Shown: positions 1-10,544, counted from the stretch's first letter. The stretch: DNA of 64,000 bases from Candidatus Falkowbacteria bacterium (GCA_903847415.1 CAINDR010000015.1:33872-97871), one strand, 5' to 3'. The notes: generated by a model from the letters alone, not told the origin. Program-made: numbers and translations.

Positions 1-1007
1 AGGACTTGAAAGGCTTAATCTCTGACGGCGTTAAAGAAATTGTCGGAGAACTAAAAGAGGAAATCGTCAAAGAGACTCAGGCTGGTTTGCGAGATTTTAA
101 AGTTGCCACCGATGAGGAGAAAATTGAGAAAGCGGCTCAGTTTGTTAAAGACATTTGTCTTGGCAATATCGAAGCTAAAGCGGTTGATTCAACAGACGGA
201 TCATTTGGCTACACTGTCCCAACTGAATTGGCTAATTACATTTTGACCAAGAAGAATAAGATTTCCAAGATGAGAAACTTGGCGTTTGTATTCCAATTGT
301 CAGGTGAGTTCCAATTGCCAATTGAGGGTGTTGGAGTTACTGCTTATTGGGTTGGTGAAAATGAGGAAATCACCGAGAGTGACCCAACAATTAGCAAGAA
401 AAACATGCACGATTTCTATTTAGCATCTCGTGTGTTGATTCCTCGCAAATTGTTGAACACTTCAGCGTTTAACATTATCAACTATATTGGTGAACTTTGT
501 TCTCGCAAGTTGCGTGATGTTGAAGAGACTTCCTTTGTAGCTGGTGATGGTGCTAATAAACCAACTGGTCTTAGAACTACCAGTTTTGGTGAGATTTCTC
601 AGGCTGGTGATCAGTTTGATTACGATGATTTGGTTAATTTATTCTATGAGTTGCCAGAGCAGTATCGTCAGAATGCAGTATTCATGACTTCAAGTGCTGG
701 TATGAAATTGCTACGCAAATTGAAAGACAAGAATAATCTGCCAATTTTTGATGTTCGTGATCAAACCGTTTTTAATCGCCCAGTGATTGAGAGTGCTGAT
801 ATTCCAGCAAACTTGGGTGAAACGACTAATCAGACGGAGATTTTATTCTTTGATCCTTGGTACTACTGGATTAAGGATGGAGAGAAGATGTTTGTTGATA
901 CCGACAAGCGTATTCGCAGTTTGCAGACTGAATTGGTAGTTGCTGAAGCCATTGATGGTGTTTACACCTTACCTGATGCAGGTAAAAGACTAAAGGCAGT
1001 TAAATAA
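1..1007 (+). CDS. Phage major capsid protein (HK97-like), 5' end probably outside window
   Basis: Frame is open to the window start; the first in-frame start is TTG at 6. 333+ aa. Lies directly upstream of a gp6-like connector in a head-tail-lysis module. Family resemblance is recalled from memory, no search run. Confidence 0.5.
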   Translation, partial: DLKGLISDGVKEIVGELKEEIVKETQAGLRDFKVATDEEKIEKAAQFVKDICLGNIEAKAVDSTDGSFGYTVPTELANYILTKKNKISKMRNLAFVFQLSGEFQLPIEGVGVTAYWVGENEEITESDPTISKKNMHDFYLASRVLIPRKLLNTSAFNIINYIGELCSRKLRDVEETSFVAGDGANKPTGLRTTSFGEISQAGDQFDYDDLVNLFYELPEQYRQNAVFMTSSAGMKLLRKLKDKNNLPIFDVRDQTVFNRPVIESADIPANLGETTNQTEILFFDPWYYWIKDGEKMFVDTDKRIRSLQTELVVAEAIDGVYTLPDAGKRLKAVK

Positions 1008-1025
1008 AGATAATTAATTAAATTT

Positions 1026-1250
1026 ATGGCAGAAGAAAAAGACAAAGCCGATGCTGGGGCAAAAGCAGACTTAAAGCCTGAAGACAAAAATGATTCAAAA
1101 TCCGAGGCTAAAGAGAAAGTGAAAAAGCCAAAGTTGACTAGAGTTATTTTTAGTAAGAACTACATGCCTTATAAGCAGGGGGAAATGGCAGGGCTTGAGC
1201 CTGATGTTGCCGACAAATTGATTGCTGATAAGGTTTGCTCAAGGGCTTAG
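1026..1250 (+). CDS. Small Lys/Glu-rich phage protein, unknown function
   Basis: 74-aa ORF between the capsid and connector genes, low complexity KEAK-rich. Confidence 0.3.
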   Translation: MAEEKDKADAGAKADLKPEDKNDSKSEAKEKVKKPKLTRVIFSKNYMPYKQGEMAGLEPDVADKLIADKVCSRA

Positions 1251-1308
1251 AGGATTTACTCAATCCCGAATTATTTCGGGATTGGTCTAAGAATTTTAAG
1301 TAATTTAT

Positions 1309-1842
1309 ATGATAGTAACAGTTGAGGAGTTAAAAATTTATGCAGGCATAGACACTAGCGATGATGATGCTGGCTTAGAGTTGATTCTAAAAGGGGTAAT
1401 TGGTTGGGCAGAATCAATTTGTGACAACGCCATGGAGCAGAAAGAATTTATTGAGTATTTTGATGGCGAGTCTAGGGCTTTGTTTATGAAGAACACTTTA
1501 AACATTAGCGATGTCGTGGTTGAGTGGTTCTCGTCTAGCGGTTGGGAAATTCTCGACCCTGATACGAAGCTAAGAATTTTTGTAGAGGAAGGGTGTGTTA
1601 TTTTGCGAGAAGCGGTATTTGGGGAGCTTAATTATAAAGTTACTTATAAAGCTGGCTACAATACGGCAGTGCCGAGTGATTTAAAGTTAATAGTACTTAA
1701 GATGGCTAGTAAGGTTTGGAATAAACGCAAAAGTGATGGCATTAAAGATGAGAAATTGGGAGATGCTCAGGTTATTTGGGAAAACTTTTTGACAGATGAT
1801 ATTTTGGGCATTTTGCAGAAGTATCGAAAATTTAATATATGA
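1309..1842 (+). CDS. Phage head-tail connector protein (gp6-like)
   Basis: N-terminus VEELKIYAGIDTSDDDAGLELILKGVIGWAE matches the characteristic gp6-like connector N-terminal motif (recognised from memory). 177 aa. Confidence 0.55.
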   Translation: MIVTVEELKIYAGIDTSDDDAGLELILKGVIGWAESICDNAMEQKEFIEYFDGESRALFMKNTLNISDVVVEWFSSSGWEILDPDTKLRIFVEEGCVILREAVFGELNYKVTYKAGYNTAVPSDLKLIVLKMASKVWNKRKSDGIKDEKLGDAQVIWENFLTDDILGILQKYRKFNI

Positions 1843-2147
1843 GATTTGTTTTTGAGAAATCATTGAGTTTACATCGCTTGGTTAGTAATCAAGAAAACAC
1901 TGAGGAAGAATATCAGTATCAGGGGCAGATTAAGGGCGTGATTATGCCCATTAAGGCGGAAGACTTGATATTAAGCGAAGGTAATCCGGCTAAGATGTTT
2001 AAACTTTACACTGGCTTCGAAGTTGATTTGAAAGAAACGGACAAATTGCTATGTGATGGTGTGGAATATTTAGTTCGGAATGTCAGACGGTTGGAGTTCA
2101 GAGCATTGTCGCACGCTGAGGCAATAATTTATAAACCAAATAGTTAA
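1839..2147 (+). CDS. Head closure / head-tail adaptor-like protein
   Basis: 102 aa. Start overlaps the upstream stop (ATGA). Position after the connector in the module. Confidence 0.35.
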   Translation: MRFVFEKSLSLHRLVSNQENTEEEYQYQGQIKGVIMPIKAEDLILSEGNPAKMFKLYTGFEVDLKETDKLLCDGVEYLVRNVRRLEFRALSHAEAIIYKPNS

Positions 2148-2148
2148 T

Positions 2149-2610
2149 ATGGCATTTGAAATACATCTTGAAAATTTAAACGAAATTAGAGAGGTGTTTC
2201 GACAATTCCCCAGTGTTGCCGATCAGGAGATTCAGTCTGGCTTGGAAAAAGCTGGCAAATTGATTACTAGAATTGAAAAAGAAGAAGTGCCAATTGGTGT
2301 TAGTGGTCAATTAAGACAAAGCATTATGATGCGATTAGTACCAAATAATGTGACAATCGCACCGAATAAGAATTACGCCATAGATGTTCATGAAGGCACG
2401 CCACCGCATTATGTATCAGTAAAGAACCCAAGAGATCCTTTGAGAATATGGGCGATCAAGAAGGGTATTAATCCTTACGCTGTTCAACGGTCGATTGCTA
2501 AGAAAGGCACAAAGCCGAATCCGTTTGTGGAGCGGACAGTGGCTGGGGCGGAGGGTGAAGTCAGACAAATATTTAGTCAAGTTTTAGAAAATATAATCAA
2601 ACGCATATGA
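2149..2610 (+). CDS. HK97 gp10-like tail-completion family protein (putative)
   Basis: 153 aa. Position between head-closure and tail genes. Weak family resemblance only. Confidence 0.3.
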   Translation: MAFEIHLENLNEIREVFRQFPSVADQEIQSGLEKAGKLITRIEKEEVPIGVSGQLRQSIMMRLVPNNVTIAPNKNYAIDVHEGTPPHYVSVKNPRDPLRIWAIKKGINPYAVQRSIAKKGTKPNPFVERTVAGAEGEVRQIFSQVLENIIKRI

Positions 2611-3017
2611 GATCAGAAATTTTAAACGCTCTTTATACCAAGTTGTACAACATGGAGGGCATCAAAGCAGTTTTTAAATATAACAAAGGGCATTTTACAA
2701 AGTACCCTGTCGCTGTGATTCTTGGTAGCGATAATTCTAAAGCAAGAGAAAGTGTTAAAACAATTAAGAAAACTTATAAATTTAAAGTGCAGATTTTTCA
2801 AGAAATAAATCAGGAGGCACGAGGTCAGGAAGCTGGGGAAGATGTCATTATCACTATTGGCGATCGTATAGACGATGCATTTGATTCTGATGATACGCTT
2901 GGTGGAGTTTGTGATGATGTGTCGGTTATTAGTTCGTATGCATGGGATGATCGTGAGCTTTTGATGAGGGTTTTGCAATTGGAGATAGTTTGCACAAAAC
3001 TTAAACAATTAATTTAA
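2607..3017 (+). CDS. Phage tail component (tail terminator-like), putative
   Basis: 136 aa, translationally coupled (ATGA overlap), in the head-tail joining region. Confidence 0.3.
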   Translation: MRSEILNALYTKLYNMEGIKAVFKYNKGHFTKYPVAVILGSDNSKARESVKTIKKTYKFKVQIFQEINQEARGQEAGEDVIITIGDRIDDAFDSDDTLGGVCDDVSVISSYAWDDRELLMRVLQLEIVCTKLKQLI

Positions 3018-3022
3018 AATTT

Positions 3023-3187
3023 ATGTCTATTAAAAAAAGTGAGATTGAGGACAAATCAATTAAGCCTAGCAAAAGTGATAATTTAACTGAGTTTAACTAT
3101 CCGGAGTACAATATCACCGTCAAGGCTAAAAATCAGGCAGAAGCCGATGAATTATTAAATCAAATTATTAATCAAGAAAACATATGA
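3023..3187 (+). CDS. Small phage ORF (54 aa), unknown
   Basis: ATG at 3023 to TGA at 3185-3187. Overlaps the start of the next gene by 4 nt. Absent from the ORF track because it is under 60 aa. Confidence 0.2.
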   Translation: MSIKKSEIEDKSIKPSKSDNLTEFNYPEYNITVKAKNQAEADELLNQIINQENI

Positions 3188-4161
3188 GCGAATCAATCAA
3201 AAGAAAATATAACATAGGCATTGGCAGAGAGACTACGAGGGGCGTAAAAGTTACGCCAAAGTATTGGCTTAAGCCACTTAGTGCTGAATATAACGATAAG
3301 ATTGAAACTGTTGCCAGCGAGCGTGCTTGCGGAGTCATTGAGGATTCCGAGGAGATGATCATTAAGAATAAATATTCGGATGGTCAAATCCAAGGTGAAG
3401 CCTTTGACAAGAGTTTTGGCTTATTCATTTTAGGGGCGTTGGGTCAGGTTAGTAGCGTGGCTAAAGTTGGTGACTTAGCGGTTTATGATCACACCTTTTC
3501 AGTTTTACAGTCAGCTAAACATCCAACTTTTACTATTGAGGTTAAAAGGGGTGATGTGGAGCAGAAGTCTTACGGCAATTGCGTGATTGAAAGTTTAAAG
3601 ATTGAAAGTCAGGCACATGATTATGTTAAATTCGAAGCCAAGTTAAAAGGCAAGACCAGTGGAGTGGCTACGAATAGTGCTGGTTATGTGACTGAGAATT
3701 ATTTTTTAGGCAAAGATGTCAGTGTGAAATTGGCTGATAATTTATCAGGACTTGACTCGGCGACAGTGATTGATGCTAGAAAAATCACTATACAGATTGC
3801 CAAGAATTTAGAAGAAGATAAGCGACTAGGTGCCGATGAGCCGAATGATTTTCTTAATAAAGAATTATCTATTGAGGGAACGCTGGAGATATTGTTTAAG
3901 GATAGCACGCTTAAGGACTACGCTTTGAATGGCATTCAGAAAGCCTTGCGGATTGATATCGTTAACACAAACAAAGTCATCGGATCATCTAGTAATCCTC
4001 GATTAAAGATTGATCTGGCTAAGATTAAATTTAAGGATCCAGTCGAGGGTGGTGATAATAACGATATCGTTAAAGTCACAGTTGGCTTTAAGGGATTATA
4101 CTCAGCGACTGATTCCAAGAGTATTGAAGCCGTATTAACTAATTTAGAAACTAATTACTAA
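3184..4161 (+). CDS. Major tail protein (putative)
   Basis: 325 aa, beta-rich. Located between head-tail joining genes and the chaperone/tape-measure pair. Confidence 0.4.
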   Translation: MSESIKRKYNIGIGRETTRGVKVTPKYWLKPLSAEYNDKIETVASERACGVIEDSEEMIIKNKYSDGQIQGEAFDKSFGLFILGALGQVSSVAKVGDLAVYDHTFSVLQSAKHPTFTIEVKRGDVEQKSYGNCVIESLKIESQAHDYVKFEAKLKGKTSGVATNSAGYVTENYFLGKDVSVKLADNLSGLDSATVIDARKITIQIAKNLEEDKRLGADEPNDFLNKELSIEGTLEILFKDSTLKDYALNGIQKALRIDIVNTNKVIGSSSNPRLKIDLAKIKFKDPVEGGDNNDIVKVTVGFKGLYSATDSKSIEAVLTNLETNY

Positions 4162-4165
4162 TTAT

Positions 4166-4471
4166 ATGCCGATATTAAAAGATTCAAGAGAAGTTAAAAA
4201 TATCCTTTTACCAGAAAGTGGAATAACGATCAGAATTAAAGATGGTTTGCTGGCTGGAGATTTAGAGGCTTTGGAAAGTGAGCAGAGCGAATTTAAAAAG
4301 ATGATCGCTATGATTACTAGATTGATTATTGATTGGGATGCCGAGGGTGAGGATGGTGTAAAATTGCCAATTAATTTTAATACAGTGAATTTGTTTGGCT
4401 TTACTGATTTGAAGTTTATTCAGGATAATTTGTCATTTTTAAAAAGTTTTTTAGCGGTAACTCCGAGTTAG
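4166..4471 (+). CDS. Tail assembly chaperone (putative)
   Basis: 101-aa acidic protein immediately upstream of the tape measure gene, the canonical position. Confidence 0.35.
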   Translation: MPILKDSREVKNILLPESGITIRIKDGLLAGDLEALESEQSEFKKMIAMITRLIIDWDAEGEDGVKLPINFNTVNLFGFTDLKFIQDNLSFLKSFLAVTPS

Positions 4472-4636
4472 TCTATGAAATAAAGCGAGCGGTTCGGTAC
4501 AGGGAATGGAGCCACCAAACAGTCAAACTATTCCTGTGCCAAGAGATGGGTTGGACTGAGGAGGAGTTTTTGAGTCAAAGAGTCGAGTTCATTAGGGGTA
4601 TGTTCACATTTATTATGGAAATAAAAGAAGTGCAAA

Positions 4637-6268
4637 ATGGAAAATAGAGAACTACAAATTATATTAAAAGCGGTTGACGAAGCATCTAGTGAGATTAAAA
4701 AAGTCAGCCAAGCCATGGATGGCATGACCGGTAATGTGAAAGAATCATCGGAATCTTTTGGTTTGATGACCAAGGCGGTGGCTGTTGGCAATTTGGCTTA
4801 CAACGCTTTGTATAGTGTGGTTACTAAGGTTGCAGGTGGTATTACAAGCCTGGTTAAAGAGAGCGTGGGGCTGGCTGGTCAATTAGAACAGTCAAAATCA
4901 GTTATTTATAAACTGGGGGAGAATAACAATTGGACTAGACAGCAAATCGATGGCTTGGTCAAAAGTATTCGTGAAGAAAACAAAGACATGTTGACGGCTA
5001 TTGATTTGACGAAGACTGCCATCATGACTCACATGAACGAAAAACAGGCTTTAGAATTGATTACTCGTGGTCGTGATGTGGCGGCTACAGCTAATCGCAA
5101 TTCTAATGATGCTATTAAGGCCATGATGGAATCGGTTATTAAGTTGAGACCTGAATTGCTTAGTGAGTATGGTATCGAGATTAACTTGGTTAAAGTCTAT
5201 GGTGATTTTTCCAAGGCGATGGGTATTAAAACGAGTCAGATGACTTATGCTCAGAAAACTCAAGCCATGTATAACGCCGTTGTTCAGGAGGCAACGAGAA
5301 TGCAGGGTGCTTATCATGAGGCGATGGGTAGTTGGTATAAATTATCGATGTCTGTGCAGGATGGCATTGTTAGTTTAAAGCTCATCTTGGGTGATTTGCT
5401 GGATGATGCTATGAAACCTTTGGTTAATTACGTTTATGAGGCAATTAAGACTTTTAGAAACTGGGCATATACCGATGACAATGAGTTGAATCCAAAACTT
5501 AAGGAAACAGCAGCTATTATCGGCACAGTGCTACTGCGATCATTCGAATTGATTAGACTAGCCGTTATTGAATTGATTGCCGTTTATAACGCCTTATCTG
5601 ATTTTTTTCGTGAGGGCATGAAGATTGTTTCGGATTATAAAATTTTGTTAGATATTTTTCAGAATTCATGGAATAACATTGCTTTAGTGTTTAAGCAAAA
5701 CCTGTTACCAGAATTGCAGAAGTTGTGGCAGGCGTTATTGCCACTCCAGCCATTTTTAGAAATATTGGCAAAGATTATCGGCGTTATCTTATTAGGTGCT
5801 TTAATTGCTGTTGTTAAAATTATTGAAGTTAGTTTAATAGTGCTGATTCAGGGATTGACCTTGGTTATTCAGAAGGCGGTGGAATGGATTAATTTTTTCA
5901 AGGCTGGCTGGGAGAGTGTGACTGGAGTTATTTCAAATGTCATTGGTTATATTGATAGTTTAATCAGCAAACTTAACAGCTTGAATGTTGTTTCAAATGC
6001 TAAGAATGCGGTTAGTGGAATGCTAGGCTTTGGCGGAGCAAGAGCTAGTGGCGGTAGCGTTTATGGCGGTCAGGCTTATTTAGTTGGCGAACAGGGGCCC
6101 GAATTGTTTGTGCCAAGCGGAGGTGGCAATATCGTGCCAAATAATCGTTTAGGCGGTGGAAGTATTGTGATCAATATGTCAGGCAATACTTTTCTTGATA
6201 GACAGAGTGCGGAGAAAATTGGCGACATGATGATTAAAAGGTTAAAGGCTAATAATTTGCTCGGATAG
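4637..6268 (+). CDS. Tail tape measure protein
   Basis: 543 aa, long helical/coiled-coil N-terminus, internal hydrophobic segment LLPLQPFLEILAKIIGVILLGALIAVVKIIEV, Gly-rich C-terminus. Canonical position after the chaperone. Confidence 0.6.
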   Translation: MENRELQIILKAVDEASSEIKKVSQAMDGMTGNVKESSESFGLMTKAVAVGNLAYNALYSVVTKVAGGITSLVKESVGLAGQLEQSKSVIYKLGENNNWTRQQIDGLVKSIREENKDMLTAIDLTKTAIMTHMNEKQALELITRGRDVAATANRNSNDAIKAMMESVIKLRPELLSEYGIEINLVKVYGDFSKAMGIKTSQMTYAQKTQAMYNAVVQEATRMQGAYHEAMGSWYKLSMSVQDGIVSLKLILGDLLDDAMKPLVNYVYEAIKTFRNWAYTDDNELNPKLKETAAIIGTVLLRSFELIRLAVIELIAVYNALSDFFREGMKIVSDYKILLDIFQNSWNNIALVFKQNLLPELQKLWQALLPLQPFLEILAKIIGVILLGALIAVVKIIEVSLIVLIQGLTLVIQKAVEWINFFKAGWESVTGVISNVIGYIDSLISKLNSLNVVSNAKNAVSGMLGFGGARASGGSVYGGQAYLVGEQGPELFVPSGGGNIVPNNRLGGGSIVINMSGNTFLDRQSAEKIGDMMIKRLKANNLLG

Positions 6269-6269
6269 T

Positions 6270-7772
6270 ATGAATGTCATTGTAAAAATAAATCAAATAA
6301 ACAGAACAAGCCTGATTGATTGGGAAAGTTTTGGTATTGAAGACAATATCAATGAACAGCCGAATCTATGCAATTTCACAATCAGAGTTTTTGAGGGGCA
6401 GAGTTTTAAACCCGAGATTAGTGATGTGGTGGAGATTTATGACGGCAATTTAAAAATCTTTGGTGGCAAAGTCATCAGGGTTGGCAGTTCTAGTTCTAGT
6501 GATCTTAATTTTTATGAAGTAGAGGCTAAAGATTACACGCTTGATCTCGATCGTGTTTTAGTGACTGAACGGTTTGACGACATGGCTGGAAATGAAATCA
6601 TTGCCTTTATTATTGATAATTATTTAAGTGGCTCAGGAGTAACTTATGGCAATTTAAATTGTCCAATTGTTGTCAGTGTTATTGTTTTTGATCAGACAAG
6701 CGTTAGCAAATGTTTGACCGAGTTATGCGAGTTGTTGAACTACAGTTGGTATATTGATTATGACAAAGACCTGCATTTGTTTGCTAAAAATGAAAAACCA
6801 GCACCGTTTAATTTAAGTGATGACAGTAGCAATACTTATATCAGGGACAGTTTAGTGATTGATAGTGATTTGAGTCAGCTCCGAAATGTAGTGATTATAG
6901 AAGGGGGCGAGATTACTTCGGATTATCCACGCACCAATACTCAAGTCGGCAATGGTACAAAAAAGAGTTTTGCTACTGATTATAAATTTGCTAATAAACC
7001 GACAGTCAAAATTGGTGGAGTGGTTATGAATGTTGGTATTGATTTTCTAGATAATGATGTGAGTTTTGATTGTTTGTGGAATTTTAATGAAAAGTACATC
7101 AGGTTTGTTAATGCTCCGGTTAGTAATGTGGTTATTGAGATGTCCGGACAATATTTAATTCCGATCATGGTGCAAGTTGAGGATGAGGGCAGTATTTCGC
7201 AGTATGGCAGATTTGAGTTCAGTAAAGTTGATAAGAATATTAAGAGTTCAGAGGAAGCTAAGATGTATGGTGAAGCACAGTTGGGTGCTTATGCATTTAC
7301 AATTAGAGAGGGTGCTTTTAGAACTTATGAAAGTGGTTTATCTTCTGGTCAAACAATATCTATAAATTTGATTAGCAGGAATATTTCCGAGAGTTTTTTA
7401 ATAATGAGAGTGTCATTAAAAATGTTGACCGCTAGTCATGGAGAGTGGACAGTTGAACTAGCGACCATGAGAACTTTGGGTATCATTAGTTTTTTACAAA
7501 AGTTGTTAATTGATCAGCGTAAAAAAATAACCTTGAACGAAGATGTGGTTTTGAAAAAATATTATGTTTTAAGTGAGACTGCAAATTTTGATGAAAATAT
7601 AACGGTTAAAATAAAAGAGCAAGATTATCAGTTGCTTGGCATGACTGAGGATATTTTAAAAGATCCCTTTGGGGCAGGTGTTAAGCCTGATTTTGTTTTA
7701 GCTCCGTATGTGCCAACGGGTCAGACTGATCCCGAGAGAGAATTTTATTTAGATAGAGCTTTTTTAAGTTAA
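6270..7772 (+). CDS. Distal tail / baseplate protein (putative)
   Basis: 500 aa. Start overlaps the tape-measure stop. Positional inference. Confidence 0.35.
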   Translation: MNVIVKINQINRTSLIDWESFGIEDNINEQPNLCNFTIRVFEGQSFKPEISDVVEIYDGNLKIFGGKVIRVGSSSSSDLNFYEVEAKDYTLDLDRVLVTERFDDMAGNEIIAFIIDNYLSGSGVTYGNLNCPIVVSVIVFDQTSVSKCLTELCELLNYSWYIDYDKDLHLFAKNEKPAPFNLSDDSSNTYIRDSLVIDSDLSQLRNVVIIEGGEITSDYPRTNTQVGNGTKKSFATDYKFANKPTVKIGGVVMNVGIDFLDNDVSFDCLWNFNEKYIRFVNAPVSNVVIEMSGQYLIPIMVQVEDEGSISQYGRFEFSKVDKNIKSSEEAKMYGEAQLGAYAFTIREGAFRTYESGLSSGQTISINLISRNISESFLIMRVSLKMLTASHGEWTVELATMRTLGIISFLQKLLIDQRKKITLNEDVVLKKYYVLSETANFDENITVKIKEQDYQLLGMTEDILKDPFGAGVKPDFVLAPYVPTGQTDPEREFYLDRAFLS

Positions 7773-7777
7773 AAAAT

Positions 7778-8335
7778 ATGAGCAAATTAAATCAAAACAT
7801 TGGAGCAGTTGGTGAAATAAAAGCCAGTTTTTATGATCAGAGTAATTTGCAGAATTGGCAAATTGCTTTGAATAAAGTTTTAGCTAAATGTCGAAAGTAT
7901 GAGCCTTCAATAATGAAGTTTTATCAGCTAGGTAGGATGGTTAAGTGTGACGAAATAAAAAATGTTATTAGTGCTAACGGCTTTAATACTTTGGCACGCA
8001 GATTGGCTGGAGATACTACTTATACAGGGATTATCAATAAAATGATTCTTGGAACTGGCGTTGGCACACCAGCAGAAACAGACACACAGTTATTTGCCGA
8101 GGCATATCGCAATGATACGGCTAGTGCTACCTCGTCAGGTAAGATTGCTTATCTCACTGCCTATTTTACCGAGACGGAATGTGTTGGTGCATTCAAAGAA
8201 TTTGGTAATTGCATTGATGGTGGTTCAGGGGTTAATACTGGGCAGTTGTGGTCTCACATTGCTGGATTAAATTGGGTTAAAACAAACACGGTCGTTTTGG
8301 TGGTGTCTTGTAAATACACCCTGCAAAACGCTTAG
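7778..8335 (+). CDS. Phage tail-associated hypothetical protein
   Basis: 185-aa ORF in the tail module. Confidence 0.25.
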   Translation: MSKLNQNIGAVGEIKASFYDQSNLQNWQIALNKVLAKCRKYEPSIMKFYQLGRMVKCDEIKNVISANGFNTLARRLAGDTTYTGIINKMILGTGVGTPAETDTQLFAEAYRNDTASATSSGKIAYLTAYFTETECVGAFKEFGNCIDGGSGVNTGQLWSHIAGLNWVKTNTVVLVVSCKYTLQNA

Positions 8336-8339
8336 TTAT

Positions 8340-8555
8340 ATGATTCTTAAAGTAAAGATAAAAGTTAATGATGAAATTGAGGCTTATAAGTTGGTTTCCG
8401 AGCTTGGTTTTGAGTACACGGTAATGAATGCTGATCTTGATGGTCACAGTGAAGATTTTACGGCCAAGAATAAGCCAGCTCATTTTCTTAAAGATAAAAA
8501 AAGACCTGCTCCGAAATTTTTCAGCAAAGGTGATGCAAAGCCAAGAGTCAATTAA
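8340..8555 (+). CDS. Hypothetical phage protein
   Basis: 71-aa ORF, basic C-terminus. Confidence 0.2.
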   Translation: MILKVKIKVNDEIEAYKLVSELGFEYTVMNADLDGHSEDFTAKNKPAHFLKDKKRPAPKFFSKGDAKPRVN

Positions 8556-8559
8556 ATTT

Positions 8560-8811
8560 ATGAAAATATTTACCAACGAAAAATTATACGCTTCTGATTT
8601 GAATAATGCTTTATATGAACTGGGCAATAATGTTTCGATTACTTATAACGATGATCAGACGATTAAAACTATTACTGATAATAACACCAGCACCACTTAT
8701 ACGCTTAGCTGGTCAATGGGCAAATTGGTGGGGTACACAGACGGAACGCATACATGGACTTTAACTTACAGTTCGGACGGTTCGTTGGTTACCGGCATAA
8801 CTATGGCTTAA
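8560..8811 (+). CDS. Hypothetical phage protein
   Basis: ATG at 8560 within track ORF 8428-8811. 83 aa, Thr/Ser-rich. Confidence 0.2.
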   Translation: MKIFTNEKLYASDLNNALYELGNNVSITYNDDQTIKTITDNNTSTTYTLSWSMGKLVGYTDGTHTWTLTYSSDGSLVTGITMA

Positions 8812-8826
8812 TTTTAAAATAAACAT

Positions 8827-10371
8827 ATGGGTATAAATGTATTTACAAGTCCTTTTGGATCAAATAATGGCAGTACTAACGGAATTTATCCGGTCTTTGG
8901 CAAGTTTGTAGACAGTCAGATTGTCGGTGCTGAGAAATGGAGCGATGGGAGCTATAACACTCAGGGTATTCTTTATCCGAAGTCTTTTCGTACTGCCGAG
9001 CAGACAATCATCGATGGTATGATTTCAACATTAAGTGGTAGTTATGCATCGGACAATACTAAATATGCGATTAATGAAACCAAGAACAAGGTTTTGGGGG
9101 AATTCGTTAGTCAGTATAAGACCTTAAAGAATTTGCAGTTAAAGCAAAGGATGGGCTACAACACTATTCCAGTTTCTTCTTATCAGCCACAGTCATTAAG
9201 AGGTGTGGTGCAATTGTCGGACAGCAAGATTGCGGTTGCTTACGATTGTAATGGTACGGCCTATGTCAGTATTGTTGACGTGACAGGTTTTGGTGACATG
9301 TCTTTTTCGGCTTCAACTTATATGCCTAATGGTTGTATTCACATATTTTACGTAGCACCAAATAAGTTTGGCATTGTGACTGGTAGTGGATTGCAGATTG
9401 CGACGGTATCGGGGCAAACAATTACGTTTGGTACGCACCAAGCGTACAGTTGGAATAACTCAGGATCAATCAATGCTAATTACATCAGCGACAATGTTTT
9501 TGCAGTTTCTTATCAGGATAATAGTTCTTATATTCAAGGCTTGGTTTGTACGGTGGCAGGCACTGTTATTACTATCGGCACACCGCAATTGGTTTCGACT
9601 TCAGCGGCTCATACCAACGGCAATGTGGTTAGTATGGGTGCTGGCAAGGTGTTGTTTAAATACGCACTCAATACTGATTCCAATAATATTAGGTTAAGAT
9701 GTGCGACTTTTTCAGGCACAGTGATGACCTTTGGTGCCGAAGTTGTACTTGCAAACACTACTTATGCTGGGTATTACAGAATAACTCCATTAACGACAGA
9801 TAAGGCATTTATAAGCTATACCTCCAAGGCTTATAATGGCAGTACATATTTTGCTTATGGAGCAATTATAACTACCTCGGGCACGGCTATTACCATTAAT
9901 ACGGGTTGTCCATTATTTGATTTGTCTGCAAATACTGCTAGTAGTATGGCGCTGAGTGCTACCGAGGTTATGTTTTTTGGTAATGGAAAATTGGTTAAAT
10001 TGGGTATATCAGGAACGGTTATTACAATTGATGATAGAGCATCTTTAGACACTTCGTATTCAGGGGACTTTTACAGTGGCAGTTGGAGTTCTCAGAATTT
10101 TTCTGATATCGCTTGCAAAGTAACGGCCGACAAATTTTTAATTGCTAGTTATGGCATAAATAATGCAAGTCAATTTACGCTTGGCATTTATAACAAGATT
10201 TACGCCGAGATTAGAGTTAATGGGGCATTGGTTAGTTCACCGACTTTTTGGTTTAATACGGATTTACTTTTGAACACGGCATTGTCACCGATCAGGAATT
10301 ATATCGCCATTAAAAATTTAACTAGTCAGAGTCAATATTCAATCGAACGATTGATTGTTGAGACTAAATAA
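8827..10371 (+). CDS. Tail fibre / receptor-binding protein (putative)
   Basis: 514 aa, Ser/Thr/Gly/Asn-rich, beta-rich. Last large gene before the lysis cassette. Confidence 0.4.
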   Translation: MGINVFTSPFGSNNGSTNGIYPVFGKFVDSQIVGAEKWSDGSYNTQGILYPKSFRTAEQTIIDGMISTLSGSYASDNTKYAINETKNKVLGEFVSQYKTLKNLQLKQRMGYNTIPVSSYQPQSLRGVVQLSDSKIAVAYDCNGTAYVSIVDVTGFGDMSFSASTYMPNGCIHIFYVAPNKFGIVTGSGLQIATVSGQTITFGTHQAYSWNNSGSINANYISDNVFAVSYQDNSSYIQGLVCTVAGTVITIGTPQLVSTSAAHTNGNVVSMGAGKVLFKYALNTDSNNIRLRCATFSGTVMTFGAEVVLANTTYAGYYRITPLTTDKAFISYTSKAYNGSTYFAYGAIITTSGTAITINTGCPLFDLSANTASSMALSATEVMFFGNGKLVKLGISGTVITIDDRASLDTSYSGDFYSGSWSSQNFSDIACKVTADKFLIASYGINNASQFTLGIYNKIYAEIRVNGALVSSPTFWFNTDLLLNTALSPIRNYIAIKNLTSQSQYSIERLIVETK

Positions 10372-10378
10372 TAAATAT

Positions 10379-10540
10379 ATGGATTATACAAAAGAATTTT
10401 TATTAAGCGTGGCAGTGGTGTTTGTTAGTGCTGGCACAACTGTTGTGCAGAAGGATTTAGTGCAAGGTATTATTTTATTACTCTTGGGTGTAGGCGTGTT
10501 TTTTGGCCGAGGGTTTTATAAGAAATACTTCGGCAATTAA
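10379..10540 (+). CDS. Holin-like small membrane protein
   Basis: 53 aa with two hydrophobic segments (LLSVAVVFVSAGTTVV, GIILLLLGVGVFFG). Immediately upstream of the endolysin. Confidence 0.35.
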   Translation: MDYTKEFLLSVAVVFVSAGTTVVQKDLVQGIILLLLGVGVFFGRGFYKKYFGN

Positions 10541-10544
10541 TAGT

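Noticed and set aside
2622-3008. 128-aa minus-strand ORF fully nested inside + strand gene 2607-3017. The same pattern occurs for minus ORFs at 3168-3393, 5051-5317, 25684-26213, 32150-32449 and 51488-51923.
   Set aside because: They sit antisense within well-supported coding genes of an almost uniformly + strand region and have low-complexity translations. They are most likely spurious.
4472-4636. Programmed -1 frameshift producing a G-T fused tail chaperone in the gap before the tape measure gene.
   Set aside because: The alternative frame that is open across the gap has a stop at 4477-4479, downstream of the chaperone stop. No slippery heptamer could therefore join the frames. The 38-aa ORF (about 4543-4658) is too short and unsupported.
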